Shown here: in pieces, positions 1 to 17,395 of the stretch | Layout of the letters: each line of letters begins with the position of its first letter | Position numbering within the stretch: position 1 is the stretch's first letter | Origin: the human T2T-CHM13v2.0 reference genome, Homo sapiens | Reading direction: 5' to 3' (one strand) | NCBI RefSeq assembly: GCF_009914755.1 | Contig: NC_060936.1 | Length of the DNA: 64,000 nucleotides | Notes under the pieces: generated by a model | What the model saw: only the letters and a program-made list of their open reading frames with translations | Databases searched by the model: none | What the model was told of the DNA's origin: nothing | Made by a program: the position numbers and the translations under genes

Positions 1-421
1 CATTCAGAAGTCCTGTGGTGGCTGGAAATGAAGACGCTCACACACATGTACAGGTACACAAAGATTTAAGTTAGGAAAGGGAAGAAAGATGAAAGGTGGA
101 GGGATTGCTCCAATGAGCAAATTCATTAATGTGATGTTTCCCATCCCACACATGACTGACAAGGAACAGACCAATCAGAAGTCATTGCTCCTCTTAGATG
201 AGAAGCAGAGTTTTGAAGGCCTGAAGCCCTCAGGTAAGGGAGGTGGAGAGGACCAATATGGTGCATATCTGATAGTTCCAAAGATACTGTCTGAAATCTG
301 ACCTTGCTCTGCTAGGTCTTCCTTAAGCAACTCTACAAATCCAACCTGGACAAGAAGCTAAAATTGATTGAAAACACATATTTCATCATACTGATTCCTG
401 CATTGGAGATACATCCAATCT

Positions 422-978
422 GTGGACTAGGTATTTTGTGGTAAGCATTCTACATGCATACACTCATTTAATTTACACAACTTTGTAATGCTGGAGCTAA
501 AAATGCAAAAACTGCATTTCCAGGTTCCTTTGCTAGTGCACTGTCTCCTAGGTTTTACTAATAGAAGCCACTCATGGAAAATCAGCAGTTGTGAGAAGAG
601 GAGCAATTGTTCTTATTTTTTACCTCTCTTGTTTTTCTTTCTTCTGGTGATCCCTGGAAGTGGCTATATCCCTGGTCTTTTCCACCATTCCAGTTCCTGA
701 TGCTTCTCTCCCATTTCCCCAGCCCTGTCATAGTAGCCCCTCATCAGGGTCCCCGTGCCAGAAGCATCAGCCCCTTTTCCACACTCCCAGGTTTTGGTAA
801 CCTCATGTCTTCCTTTGTGTTTCCCTATCTAAAAGTGGTTACTAATTTCTAGATTACTCCATCTTCCATGTTTTGCTCCTCCAATGTTACAACATCTACA
901 TAACCAAGATCATGTACTAAATTTCTTCATTTAACATACTAGCAATTTTCTATTTTTTTTCCAAGCCCAGGCTGATTC
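422..978 (+). mobile_element. Old ERVL solo LTR, LTR33-like
   Basis: Contains 'ggagctaaaaatgcaaaaactgcatttccaggttcctttgctag', resembling the LTR33/LTR16 core motif; ends approximate. Confidence 0.45.
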
Positions 979-3900
979 TGTGTGTCCTCCTGATTCAACT
1001 TTATCCCTGCTGACACAGTTCTTGCTCTTCCTCAGAACACGTTCTTTCTCCATGATTAGAGAAAAAACACAGAGGGCAAATAAAGCAAAAAGAGTCTTCT
1101 GTGTACCAGATCACAAAACCCTATTATACTAAATATATATATATTTGCTACTTTATAATATTGGCATTCCTAGTTTGAAAGGGCACTCCCTCCAGAATGA
1201 ACATCAATCTAGTAATATATACTGGGAGAGAAAGCAAAGGTCAACCCATAGGTTCAGCCCAGATATTAGAGTCTGTTATCTGGCCAAGGTGCTCCCAGAT
1301 CCTAGCATGATACTTAGGGACAATATAAAACACCCACACATTTCTAGAAATCAATGGCAGCCTAGGACTTTTCATCACAAGAGAGATACAGCATGAACTC
1401 TGGGTTAGGATATAGAGAATACAACTTATTTCTCTACAAATATGGATTTTCCACTTGGAGAGCAATAGAATATTAGAGTTGAAAGGCAATCTAGAGACCA
1501 CAAGTTCCAATTATATTTATAAAGGGGAAGAGGCCAAATGTATGGACTATGAAAAGTAAAAGGCATATTCAAGGGTCATTGTAGAACTACTGTCTTGGCA
1601 AACATCAATAACAAAAACTTCAGACTGATGAAGAAATTAGAAACAGACACACAAACAATGAGATGAATCTAAAAAGATTCTCCTCCTTAATGACTATAAA
1701 AAGAAGTCAGCACAGTTATGATACACAGAGAGATCAGCAATAGCATCCAATGACTGGGGAAGGTATAACATTTGGGTTCCTTCCAGACAATCCTCAGCAG
1801 TAGGCCACCTTGAGGATGATAGGTCTGCCTGCGTGGAAATCTCATCAGACCTCTGGAACCTGAAATTTACCCTCCAAGCCCAGCTTCATATTCGTAGGAC
1901 TCTAGTACTCCTGTACTTACAGTCATCTGAAGATGTGCTAGAGACCCCTCATCCTAGCCAGGTGTACCTCATTACCTTTGAATCGCCCAGCATACAAGAA
2001 GCCAGTAGAGAACAGCACAGTATAGAGCACTCAGGCGTGAAAACATTCCTCGTTTGGACCTTGCTCTTCCAGCCCCACAGGGCCTAACAAGCTCTTTACC
2101 AGCTATAGGGCCCAACCTGAAGTCACAGAATTATAGAATCTGGTCAAGATTCCAGCATTTCTGATGCCAAGCCAAATGCTTTCTCCACTAAAGCACAAAA
2201 GAGTGACAACATTTTATAAGTGTACTAGAATTTTGTTGCACCAAGTCCTATTTAAAATAAGTAAATTGGGAATTATGAATCTATTAAATATATTGAAATA
2301 GTACTTATAACAATAACAGTGTTGTTCTTGGATTCCAAGATGTGAATATACAGCCTTTTACTTAATTAAGACAAAGGAATGCAAAATATTTTTAAAAGTT
2401 CTAAAATGAACCATTTATAAACTACTATACAGTAGTATGCACTCAATGGTTGCCTGTGGAATTGAGCTGAAATAAATCATGATGCATTTTTAGAATGTAA
2501 ACTGAAACTGGTTTCAATGTGTTCAAACTGTTGTGTGTGTGTGTGTTTTAATTCTGGATTTCAGCCTAATTCAAATCTATTTTTAAGTAAATTCTCTAGT
2601 AGTTTTTCAGATAATTCTTCAGAATATTCTACTTACATAGTTCACAAAAAAGTTAAAGTGAAATTGATTTCAATAGAACTCAATCTGAAACCTGAGAATT
2701 GCCTGTTTCTAAATAACATTTTTATTATTACTTCTGTTAATGTCTAATTCAAAGAAGAATACATTAGTTATATATTGTTAAGACTTTTTTTTTTCAGAGA
2801 GCAGTCTAGTTTCTTTTTAAAAATAGTACTTTTATTTCAAAAAAATTAATACGTTCAATTATAGTAGACTGCTACATTTTAAATCATATGCCTATTTGTT
2901 TCATGAAAAGTAACATTCATCCATTTAAAAAACAATGAAGACTTAATAAGATTCTGATAAACATTTGGAATATAAAAATTTTAAATAACATGTCTATTGA
3001 AACAACTTTAGCTGAATTTCTGTTGGCTCAGTTTTTAAAAACCCAAGTAAAGTCTAAAGTCTTGAGAGTGAATGCTTATTTCACAGTCAAATTGATGGAG
3101 TAAGCATATTTCTTAGTCAGAATGCAATAATGTTTTGTTAATACCAAAGCAAACAATTAGATCTGCAAGTTTGTCCATTCATAGCTAGCAGGCAAATTAT
3201 TCTATCCGACATGTCTAAGTGATAAGATATTCAATGAAACATTGCTTAATAGACATATAAAAACAACTAGGAAGTAGATGATAAACCTTAAATAAAGGTC
3301 AGGCTTGACTTAATTTAAATGTTTGAGGCTTTCAAAATTTCCACTTATATTTGTTTACTCTATTAATTGAGTCTGCTTTCTTCCTAGGAGCGCACACATA
3401 ACATACACTCAAGTGCTTAACAAACCACTATAATTACAAAATGCTATATTCTGAGAAAAAGAAAAACAGACTATGAAATGTGTTTTTAGCTAAGACTCAC
3501 TCTGTTTTTCAAACTTATTAAGATCTCTACCTACACCAGCCTCTGTCACTAGATGCTCATGCAATTCATCTCATTCTCTGAATTAATTAGAGTAACTATT
3601 CCAGATCCTTGCACATAGTAGGCCCCCAACAATTATTTGCCACCTTATTGACGGGAAAATAAGTCTTGCACCTGTGATACTGCTCCTTGAAAGGCAGCTG
3701 CAGTTACACACCATTGAATCTTCATTTCTACAAAGGTAACTCTATCAACCAATGTATTTCAAAACACTAAAGAAAATTTTTGTTTTCATTCTTTCTTCAT
3801 GCTTTTGCAATTAAATTAGAATTGATACCATTCAAGAACAATTTTGACCTTAAAAATCCAACCACTCTAACCATTCTGCCCTGAAACCTGAGGGCAGCCC

Positions 3901-5005
3901 TCCGTGTCACTCTCCAGTTAGTTGATTTTAGATATTATATAATGCAGTACTTGACAAAACAATTTATCTGTTTCAATCTTTAATAATTTACATTACAGGA
4001 TCACAGAAAAATGATCAATACTACTAATCTATTAACAATCTTGCACATAGGCTAAGGAAAATTTATAAATGCTAGTTTTCTACAGACTTGCTTTTCTCCG
4101 TTACACCATTAACCTGGGAGAATATAAGACTTGTAATTCCAAAGACCACTGCAAACAACAGCTGTCAATATTAAAGAGAAATACACAAACACAGAAAGAG
4201 GCAATAGAGAAAAGAAGGGAAAATTACATAGAAAGTATAGGCCCAGCAACATAATGAAGATGAAAATTTCAACCTATGAAATTGGGACTAGTACCAAGTA
4301 AAACTGGGATGTGGGCAACATTATGTTTGTAAATCTCTGCCCTGTCTTCCCTTCCTCTCACTCCACCCCGAACACCCAGAACTCCTAAATGAGAATTTTC
4401 ACTGGAGCACATCAGTATTTGGTAGTGAAAACGTAGCAAAAGTTCTGAGTTACAGGCATTTATTTTTGCTGGGTGTATGGCCACTGCCCTTTATGGGAAA
4501 CTCCATACATGTTTAATTATAATTTATGTGAACACTATTTTTTTTGGTACCTTATCCTAGTCTAACCCCTTTCAGTTTGTTTAATCTAATATGATCAAGT
4601 AGACTTAACTTGCAATTAACTAAAATATTTATTTTTTATTTTAAAAATTTAGGATTTGGAGGGAATGAAAATATGAGTTATAATTTTGTCATTCTTGAGT
4701 CTGAATTTACATGAAATACTGTAGCCAGCACAGATTTCTCGGTGGAGAAAAACTTAGCAGAAATAAACATAAAATTCATTCCAAAAATTTTGTTAGAATA
4801 AGAGAAACAAGAGACCTTGTACATCTTTCTTATCTCTTGACTTTTCTGTATGTATTTTGTACGTATGCATACTCATGATTGTCTCCCCACTTGCAGGAAA
4901 TCTCAAAGCTAAATCAGAGTAAACACACTTCCCTTCTTTTCCTGTAATGACTTTTCTGTCTAGAAAATGCATTTATCTGTAAAATGGAAGTAACCTTTGG
5001 CTCTT

Positions 5006-5045
5006 TCTGAAAAGGAGGTCATCTGAAAAGGGGTCATCTGAAAAG
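5006..5045. repeat. 2.6-copy tandem repeat of TCTGAAAAGG(A)GGTCA
   Basis: Units read directly at 5006-5021, 5022-5036 and 5037-5045 (partial). Confidence 0.9.
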
Positions 5046-5439
5046 TAATGAATTTACATTTTTAAAAATCTTCTATGAGATAGTATTATGCATAGATTGT
5101 TTACAAATTATTATTAGTTTATATCAGACATCTCATCATTGACACAGGGCCTCACCAAAATCTCCTCTCAGCTGAGGCTCAATAATTCCTACAGACAAGG
5201 ATCACTGCAGACATCTGATTTCTAAATTTTTGAACTGCAGAGAAGCATATACTAGGGCCATGTTTCTCTGGGCACTTGTTTATCTTGGGTTCAGTTGGCG
5301 TGTTACAGAAATATATTAGGCCCCCAATCCCAGGAGGAAACTGAAACTGTGAGAAAGACAAAATCTGGCTGACCTTCTGTAAAAACAGCCAGCCAACCCT
5401 GCTGATAGGCTACAGCAGCAAAAACAGAGGGCAGAATTA

Positions 5440-5900
5440 CTGAGTTTTTGTCTCAGAGGATGTCAATTTATTTTAAAATGTTTAATTCTGAAAGAAGTAA
5501 CTCAGCTACACCCTCTCGTTTCATCTGCATTAAGCAGGTAACAAATGGCAATGTGTAATCTATATGGGTAATAGTGTCAATGAGAGATCAAGATTATACA
5601 CGATACTTGCTAAATTTGTTATGCCTCGTTAGTGTTGTGGCTTATTACAGAGAGCTCCACAGTTTCCAGGCATTTCCTCATGGGCTGTCCTGATGGATAA
5701 TGCGAATAAAGAAAGGAAAGGCACCAATGACACAGTGCTCACACTGCATCTGTCAGGGGCATAGTTAGCTGGATTAGGTATGCTCTGCATTTTCTATCAC
5801 CGTCACATATTGATCTGAATGTATAGTCACGCTCACTTAGCACTGCTATAATTTCCACAGTACTGTTCTCTGAGAGTACTAATGACACCCAAACCAAACT
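5440..5900. promoter_or_regulatory. Candidate conserved developmental enhancer
   Basis: Repeat-free; TGATGGAT (PBX-HOX) 5691-5698, CTGTCA (MEIS) 5750-5755, TGTCAA 5461 and 5575, GGATTA 5771; about 6 retained CpGs in 320 bp. Confidence 0.35.
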
Positions 5901-6822
5901 TTCTGAAAGAATATCAAGATTTTCCCATATGAAAATGCCATTTTGGCTAAATAGTGGCCCTTAAGATCTTCAACTGAAAGACAAATTTACATGTAGATTA
6001 GATTTTGGAAGTTATTTAAAAAGGAAAAACAGGCATTCTTATTCTAAAGGCCATTCACAACATGGAAAAGCATTGAAAATGTATATATTTAAGTTCCTTT
6101 ACTGGTTAATTAAAAGTAAGAAACAGTTTGACTAACCTATTCCTAAAGAAATAATGCTAGTTTAGGATGTGGGTGTCTCTCACGTCCTGCTCACTAGGTT
6201 CTCAGCCACTGATGTTTTCATGGGAAGTCATGCTCACCATGTCTTCTTGAATGTGTCACCTGGATATAGAGTATGTCCAAGATTAACGCATTAGCTCTTC
6301 TCTAAATGCCACCAAAGAAGGTCCTGTTTTTCACTTAAACAATATGGCACATGCTTACATTGAGATAGAGCAGAAAAGGAGATGGAAGGTTCGCAATTGC
6401 CATCATCAAGAGCTGTTTGAAAATTTCTAGGGACAACCATGTAGCAAATCGAAAAGAGGATGGCACACTGAAATGAAGAAGATTATTACCTGCAATTAGG
6501 TGCTTGGCAACTTATTTTTTACCTTTGATTGGTTCTACCTAATCCTTTAGTTATTTTACCCAATAACCAGGAGATACTTTACTTCTGTTTATCCCAGGAA
6601 AAATTGGGATAACCGTTTTCTCTCATATTCACATATTTATCATGGGTACTTTTCATAAAAATACACTATGGCTGAGATACTGTAAATCTGTTTTCCCATT
6701 AAACATTTTCTTAACCTATAGCTCACACACTGTACTTTTAGCTAAAGTTGTTAGAAAAATAATATATATTTAGAAAGGTTGATAAGTAATCCTGTGAGTT
6801 TCTAAAGAGACCAATATATATT

Positions 6823-6992
6823 AGTGTAAAGTTTTCAACCTCAACCAAAATTAGAATCATCTGTGGAATTCATACTCATGCCCAAGTCTGACCTCTAGTC
6901 TCAAATAATTGGCTTTGAATGGGGTTTAGCCACCAATATTTTAGAAAATTCCTCAGTCGTTTCTAAGGTTTGGTCACACTGGTAGCCAGTGG
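6823..6992. mobile_element. MER5-type hAT MITE, degraded
   Basis: 'gttttcaacc...ttagaatcatctgtggaatt...ttttagaaaattcctcagtcgtttcta' follows the MER5 layout. Confidence 0.45.
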
Positions 6993-8028
6993 TGTAAACC
7001 AAATGCTTAATAGAAGAATGAATACTTAAAGATAATTTTATTTTTTAAAAAAGATGGAAAGGTTATCAGGTGAAGAAAAACACATTATTGAGGAAGAAAT
7101 ACGGAGATATTCAATGCTAGCAATCACTATATTTTTGCACATGAGTAGGAAAAAGAAAATTTAAAAATACATTAGGAAAACGAACAAACAAACAATGTCT
7201 TATTGGAAACTCCAATTAGAGAAAGATGTTTTCCACTAGAGATTAAAACAAAAGCAGGATTTTTAAATGCAAGATAGAAGGCACCTCAGAAATTGTCTTG
7301 CCTGATTCCCACAACATCAGAGCTTGAGTTGGAACTGGGGAGCACCTTTCATTTGAAGAAACTAATATGCTAGGAGATTAACCACATATAATCAGGTTAA
7401 TAAGCCAGTTAGATTAAGAGCAGAGCCTAGAGACCTGCATGCTCCACATATGATAGTGGGCTCTTTCCCGCACATTTCACTGTTCCATAAGCATAGGAAT
7501 CCAGAAGCATCCACATGCCACAGAAAGGTCTAAGGATGAAATTCAGAGTGTGTTGAAATTAACTTTCCACCTAGGCCTGGAGTTAACAGGGTTATGATAA
7601 TTACATTGAAATAGCAATTAAATGTTAGCAAGAACAGCACTGAACTGTACTTTGTGTGTGTATATGGGGAAGGGAGGTGCAAAATCACTGATGCTAAGCA
7701 TAACTCTTAATAAAATACTTGTGCTAATTTTTAGACAAGAGCCTTTGAGTGGAAAAAATATATTAATCTTTCTGAGTTATCAATTTCCATGATGTTTGAC
7801 CAAAAATTGATAACTAAGGCATCTCTTTCCTAAATATAGGAAAGATGTGTTAGAGAAAATTTAAAGTTTCAAGAGATGACCATGCAAGCATTAATCTTAA
7901 GCACTATAATGATTTCAAAAACACTACATTGTAATTATAATTTAATAATAACTTCTTTTTAAAATACTAGAATTTAGTAAATGAAAGAAAACTTTTCTAA
8001 CTTAATTAACTTGGAAGGTTTTATACTT

Positions 8029-8640
8029 AGTCATTCAACAAACATCTCATTGTTTACAACATGCTAGCAGTGTTGCTGCGGACTGAGGAGACAAGATAGA
8101 GAAGCGCTTATAATCTGGTGCTGTGGCTTTCAAGCTTTTTTGACAATAACTCCCAGAAAGAAGTACATCTTATGTAGCAAACAAATATTTGTGTTTAACC
8201 CAAACAAAAGTTTCAAAAAAACCATACTTCTCCTAACTATATGTGAGGCATTTGCATATTTTCTTTTTTATTGTACTCTTTTCCTTTACATACCATAATC
8301 CTTTTTCATTTTCCAGCTTATCACATTGATCTTGAGTCATAGCAATTGATCACACTTAGCATTCAGAAAATCACCTGAGGCCATGACTGATAGCAACAAG
8401 TGAGTCCTTGCTTACACTACACAGTAAAGATTATGACGCACTATAGACCATAGAGGAGGCGTAAAGAATTCAGATTAATGGATGTGTTTTTGGATAAGAT
8501 GATGTTAGAAGCAAGGACTGAAGGAGAAACAGGTGTTAGGTACGTGATTAGGGGTAGAAGAAGCTTCCCGGGGAGAAAGCAGTGAGTGTAAATGCAAGGA
8601 TGCAAAACATATATAATACAATTAGAGACTACAACAATTT
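8029..8640 (-). mobile_element. L2 3' fragment interrupted by a hAT MITE
   Basis: 'tcattcaacaaacat...atgctagcagtgttgc' is the reverse L2 3' end; L2-like sequence resumes at about 8440. Confidence 0.5.
8121..8378. mobile_element. hAT-Charlie non-autonomous element (Charlie18a-like)
   Basis: 'ctgtggctttcaagcttttttgac...aaacaaaagtttcaaaaaaaccatactt...tcagaaaatcacctg' with degenerate TIRs. Confidence 0.45.
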
Positions 8641-8771
8641 TTGCATGTTTGAATCTAATGATACTGTGTGCATGAAGAAGCAATACTAGACAGTACCCCC
8701 AAATACTATACAATTGTACCCAAACTCACAGCCCAAAGACAGGAACTAAACCAGCTTCCCCAGCTCTGATT

Positions 8772-9001
8772 TGGGAACTATTTATTACCAGTCTGTGAAA
8801 AGTACAGAAATTCTAATGCTCAGAAACTTTTATGGAAATGTGATGTTGTCCTGACATTAAAGCACCTGATTAGTGGGCTTGTTTCATTGTATGGGAAATA
8901 GACAATGTTGTATGTATATTGTTGAACTCATGTGGTAAGCCACATGTGGAAAAAGATGTGTGTGTCATGCACAGTAGTACCACGTTAAAACACTAATACA
9001 T
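8772..9001 (+). mobile_element. 5' non-coding part of Charlie element (continues at 12699)
   Basis: 'aagtacagaaatt...agaaacttttat...gaactcatgtggtaagccacatgtgg' resembles the Charlie7/MER119-type 5' region and is contiguous across the L1 TSD. Confidence 0.55.
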
Positions 9002-12697
<3,696 letters not shown>

Positions 12698-12698
12698 C

Positions 12699-14405
12699 CA
12701 CTAATACATTAAGATCACCTTCACAATTAACTATTAAGCGTAAAAGTCTTTAAAATGCATTCATTTGTTTTTGTAACTTTTAGCATTCATTTAAAAATTT
12801 TTAGCAAAAATTGCTTTTCAATTTGTAGTTTTATTTGCAAAATTAATAAAGTATAACTTTATATTATTTATTTTTAATTTGCAGATGGCAAAACATGCTT
12901 CACTGGAAATTTCTTTCTTTCTTCTTCTTCTTATTTTTTTTTGAGATATGGTCTCACTCTGTTGTCTAGGCTGGAGGTGCAGTGGTACCATCATAGCACA
13001 GCCTCCTGGGCTCAAGTGATCCTCCTGCCTCAGCCTCCCAAGGAGCTGGGACTACAGGTGTGCACCACCATGCCAGGCTAATTTTTTTTTTATTTTCTTA
13101 TCATCTCTTTGTAGGGATGTGGTCTCCCTGTGTTGGCCAGGCTTGGAAATTCCTTGTTTAAAAAACAAAGATACATTTTTGACAGTTGTATTACTAGTGA
13201 TAAATCACATGATAATTGTGAACACGATTTTAAATACATAAAGACCCAAAGAGTTCATATTTATTTCATTTGGAAGTATAAATCATATGTTGAGTTCAAT
13301 TTTGCAACCACAATTGATGTTGAAGGGTTAAAACCTACTGCAAAGATACAGTGGCTACTGAAACAATGGAACCATTATAATATAAGCAGTATTTACATTT
13401 TAAGAATACATAAAAAGATAAGTCCAAAGCCAAAAGAATTCTTCAAAGGAAAGATTATTGATTTCAAAAGCCAGAGGAATCAGATGTCACTGTTGCATAG
13501 AATATATTATATTTCTTGTAAAGGAAGACTTTAGGTAACTAAAAGTAACAAAAAAAATCACAGATAAATGTCAAGACATTAACGAAAGTCTGCATTAAAC
13601 GTGTTTACTTAGAATTGTTGGGCAGATCTGTCGCATATGAGGTAGCTCAAATATCACTCCCCCATGATATAGTCTCAGCAAATTCAGGAATTAGCTAACG
13701 AATTGGAAAACCAACTCATAGAAAAAATAAGCTACCCAAGTATTTTTTTCTTGCAATTTGATGAATACATACGTATTTCTAACATGACAATTCTTTTAGT
13801 ATATGTGTAGTCTGAACATGATGATAATATGAAGGATGAATTTTGTTCACATTTATTGTGGATAAACAACAACATTTGAATTGTCTAATACTAGGAAGGA
13901 TTGCATTATCAACAAATGAAGTTTGGAGTTTGATTTTTGTGTAGAATTATGTTCTAATGGCACCGTTGTAATAGCAGGAAAACAGTCTGGAGTTATCAAT
14001 CAGATTAAGAGCTTGTATCACAAAGCGAATTGACACACTGCTTCCTTCATCGAGAAAGTCTTGGTACCAAAAAACAAAATAAAACAAAAGTTTGACTAAA
14101 CTAAACAGTTTGCTTAGTGGGACAGTAAAAATTATAAATTACATAAAAACTAATGTGTTTATATTTGATATTATTTCCTTTTTGATAATATTGAAGTTGA
14201 TCATAAGTAATTGTTATGTATATTGAGGTAAGATATTCAGGGGAAAATATCTATGAAAAATGCTTGAATTGTGGAATGAATTGCTAATATTTCTGTAAGA
14301 TAAATTTATTTTGCCTCAAGCTTTAAAGGTTTAAATTGTTCAGTTTGACTCACCTAATTTTCTCATAATTTTATACATTTAATGCTCTTGATACATCCAT
14401 GCAAT
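12699..14405 (+). pseudogene. Fossil hAT/Charlie (Buster-clade) transposase, related to the ZBED9/SCAND3 transposase domain; interrupted by AluJ
   Basis: ATG at 12885 (MAKHASLE); KTQRVH..KY.SYVEF.F.TTID.E.LKP; HKKISPKPKEFF; LQFDE; THCFLHRESL at 14033-14062; degraded EVRWLSRGK region at about 14223. Confidence 0.85.
12916..13143 (-). mobile_element. 5'-truncated AluJ
   Basis: Reverse Alu right arm plus part of left arm, AluJ-type 'ctcctgggctcaagtgatcctcc'; TSD tggaaatt(t/c)ctt at 12904-12915 and 13144-13155. Confidence 0.9.
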
Positions 14406-15409
14406 GATGTAATACAACATAAAGTATGAAACTGATGACAAAATCATATAGTGAGATAAACACAAAGAAAGAATGTATAATGTATGAGCAAGGAAGAGTT
14501 TAGAAACTAGGAGTTCACTTTCAAGACTTCTTAATCATTGTTGATAGTTAGAAGTTATTAAAAATATTTTTTGCAAAATCTTAAAATTAAAATCTAGTAT
14601 GGTAGAGGTAGATTTATGGAAATCAACTCTTTCAGATTTTAGTCTTTCTAATGAAATATAGCTATATCTCACAAGAATATTGTTGGGTTAAACTATGGAT
14701 TTAGAAACTGTTTCTAAATCATATGCCACAATTTAAAATGGGATGTTTTGGTATTAGGAGATATTCTCATTCTCTTGTACATTGGACATAGCAGCAAATC
14801 TTTAAGGCTGAAAAAAATCCACTTATTCCTTTTCAAAAATCTGGGAATAGATAATGCTTTTTTTTTTTTAACCAGGAACTGCCAACCATAAGGCCAATAA
14901 CTTCTTGATTTTCTTCATTCCCTGAGAGACCGAATTCTTATTTTACTTTGTCTTCTGTGATGCATATTCAAGTGTGGAGTTCTCTTTGAAGTGAATTTTT
15001 CAAGTGACTTCACTTAGATAATCTCCAGGGCTGAGAAATATAATAAATACAACAGTAAAATACATCAATCCTTTGAACTTGGTCAGTTTTTTAACAAGAA
15101 CATTACCCTCAGGCAAACATCAGACTAAAAAATAGGGTAAGCACTTTATCCAAAAGGTTAACAGCCTACAATTCACTTAAGATCACAGAATGTTATGGAG
15201 TAATTTTCTGTATGCCAGACAATGTGATAGAACTGCAAAATTAAAAAGATAAGAAAGTGTAAGCCACTACTAAATAAAGTTTATTATTTTGGGACAGGAT
15301 AATTTGCTCAAGTATTTAGAACATTAAAAATATTATAAGTGCAGTAAGAACACAGAGGAAATAATAACTAATTTGTAAGATGTTTCTGATGACTAACGTA
15401 GATAAAAAA

Positions 15410-15625
15410 GAGTGGACTTGGGAGTCAAATCCAGCTTGGCTACTTACTATCTGAAAGTAGAGAAGGCAATAAACTCATCTGAACCTTGTTTTTATCTGAA
15501 AATGGGACAATAATATATAATATAAATGGGATATTCATACATAAAAGTAGCTATAAGGATAAAGTTAAATAATAATCTATCGACAGTGTTTAGTATTTTT
15601 CTTAATACAGAGTAAATGCTTAATA
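15410..15625 (+). mobile_element. MIR
   Basis: 'gacttgggagtca...tctgaaccttgtttttatctgaaaatgggacaataat...gtaaatgcttaataa'. Confidence 0.65.
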
Positions 15626-15720
15626 ATTCTGATCTACTCTTCTCTTTAGATCTTGCAAAGTTTTTTCACAACAATCTTGTGAAGTATTTGTAGCTGGCAT
15701 CATTATGCAGCAGGTCTACA

Positions 15721-17390
15721 ATTCAGTATTCAACTAATATTTCCTGAGTACATGTTGTGTGCTAGGCACTGCTAAAACAATGTCCCTGCTCTCAAGGAAA
15801 ATACATCCAAGTGGGAGCAGGAGATAAGGAGCAGGAAATGAAAATGAAGGTGCATCTAGAAATAGGTTCTGTGAAGGAAATAAATGGACAACTGTGATAG
15901 AAAATAACGATGCAGGTGGAGATTCACACAGATGGATGATGGAGGGGAGCCCATCCTGAGGACCTACAGATTAGAGTCCTGGCAAGGAGGCAGCTATGTG
16001 AAGTTCTGGGGAAGAGGAAAATGTGCAGAGGATCATTAATTGTATACAGTTGCTAAGGCAGAAAAGAGCTCTTCCAAGTAAAGAAAGTCCAGTATCTAAA
16101 GAATAGTGACTGTGGAAGACCATTGTAGAAGATGGAGTAGAAAGATGACATTAGGTCAGCTTATATATGACGCTACAAGCCATGTTAAGAGGGTCGATCT
16201 AAGGAAACTGCATGATACAGTTGTATAATTTTGTGTTGTATAAACCACCATGAGTACTACGTTAAGAATGGATTTGGAGAAACAATGATAGAAGAAATGA
16301 CATCAGTTCAGAGCTTATCTGTTGCAGCAAGAAAGGCATGCAATAATACTGGGGCCTGGGATGGCAGTACTGATGACAGATTGAAATTGTATGGATTTGA
16401 GGTGGTTTTCATATGTAAAATCAACAGCACTTTCTGAAAAACTGGATATGAAGAATGGAAAAAAAATGAAGAAATTAAGGAAGACTCTGGATTTGGGTTT
16501 GAGTAAAGAAGTAGATAATGACTTGAAAAATACAGTTGGTGGAATTGTGGAGATGGGAGCCTGACTTGAATAAGCTAAAGTGGAAATCACAGGGGGTAAA
16601 GTGTAACCAACTTGTATAGACCAGATTTTGAAGACATTTTGCTGTATAGAAGAGTAGACAAAAATGGAGAAATAGCTGCAGAGAGATTTGTGGGGTCAAG
16701 GAAAATTTTTAAAAGATGGGAAGTAGAGGTAGCTTTGTCTTCTCTTCACATGTATGAACCAATAAGATGGAGACACTAATAATATGGGAAAGAGTGAAAA
16801 CATAGTCAAAGTTTTTGTAAAGGCAAGAGGGGATGAGATTTGCTGAAAAGGCCAGCCTTTTAAAGATAAGGAACCTATCATCACTTGTTACGGGGGTGAA
16901 AAATGAATAAGAATGTAGGTTGAATTTTAGCTTTAGTGATGAAAAACTGAGGGGGTGTCTGTCAGACTGTTTCTAATTTATTAATATGTAGGAAAACTAT
17001 AAGATGAGGAGATCAACTAAAATGGATTTGGAAGGGATATTGGAGGGCATAGGAGTTTTTAAAGGTAGAGGAGAATTATAAAATGGTCATCTGATTGAAT
17101 AAGGAGGACAAAATTGAGGGCAGCAGTAAAATTTCTGGGTGGAGTTAGATGGCCACTTAAGACTTGTAATTATAAATTTAATATAATATTAGTTTACCAA
17201 GTTGTATAACATTCTTCAGAAACATTAATCTAATTAGGTGAAGACATAAAAGAGATGGTGAGTAGGTAGAGCTGAGACAGAAGCCAGGTGATTATAGGAG
17301 ATAAAGAGAGATTTTACAAGAAGTGACTATAATGATGTACTATGGTCCATGAAGTCTGAGTTGAATAGGAAGGAAAGTAAACACAGAGAG
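15721..17390 (-). mobile_element. L2 (reverse), long degraded tract
   Basis: Starts 'attcagtattcaactaatatttcctgag...gtgctaggcactg...tccctgctctcaagga'; purine-rich L2 ORF2 remnant follows. Confidence 0.7.
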
Positions 17391-17395
17391 AAGAG

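Noticed and set aside
89-301. 70-aa ORF with internal CAG|GTAAGG donor near 233
   Set aside because: No recognisable protein and no supported acceptor; isolated donors are common
5651-5777. Possible 127-nt exon (ttacag|...ag|gtatgc)
   Set aside because: Weak pyrimidine tract; the longest frame hits a stop and resembles no protein I recognise
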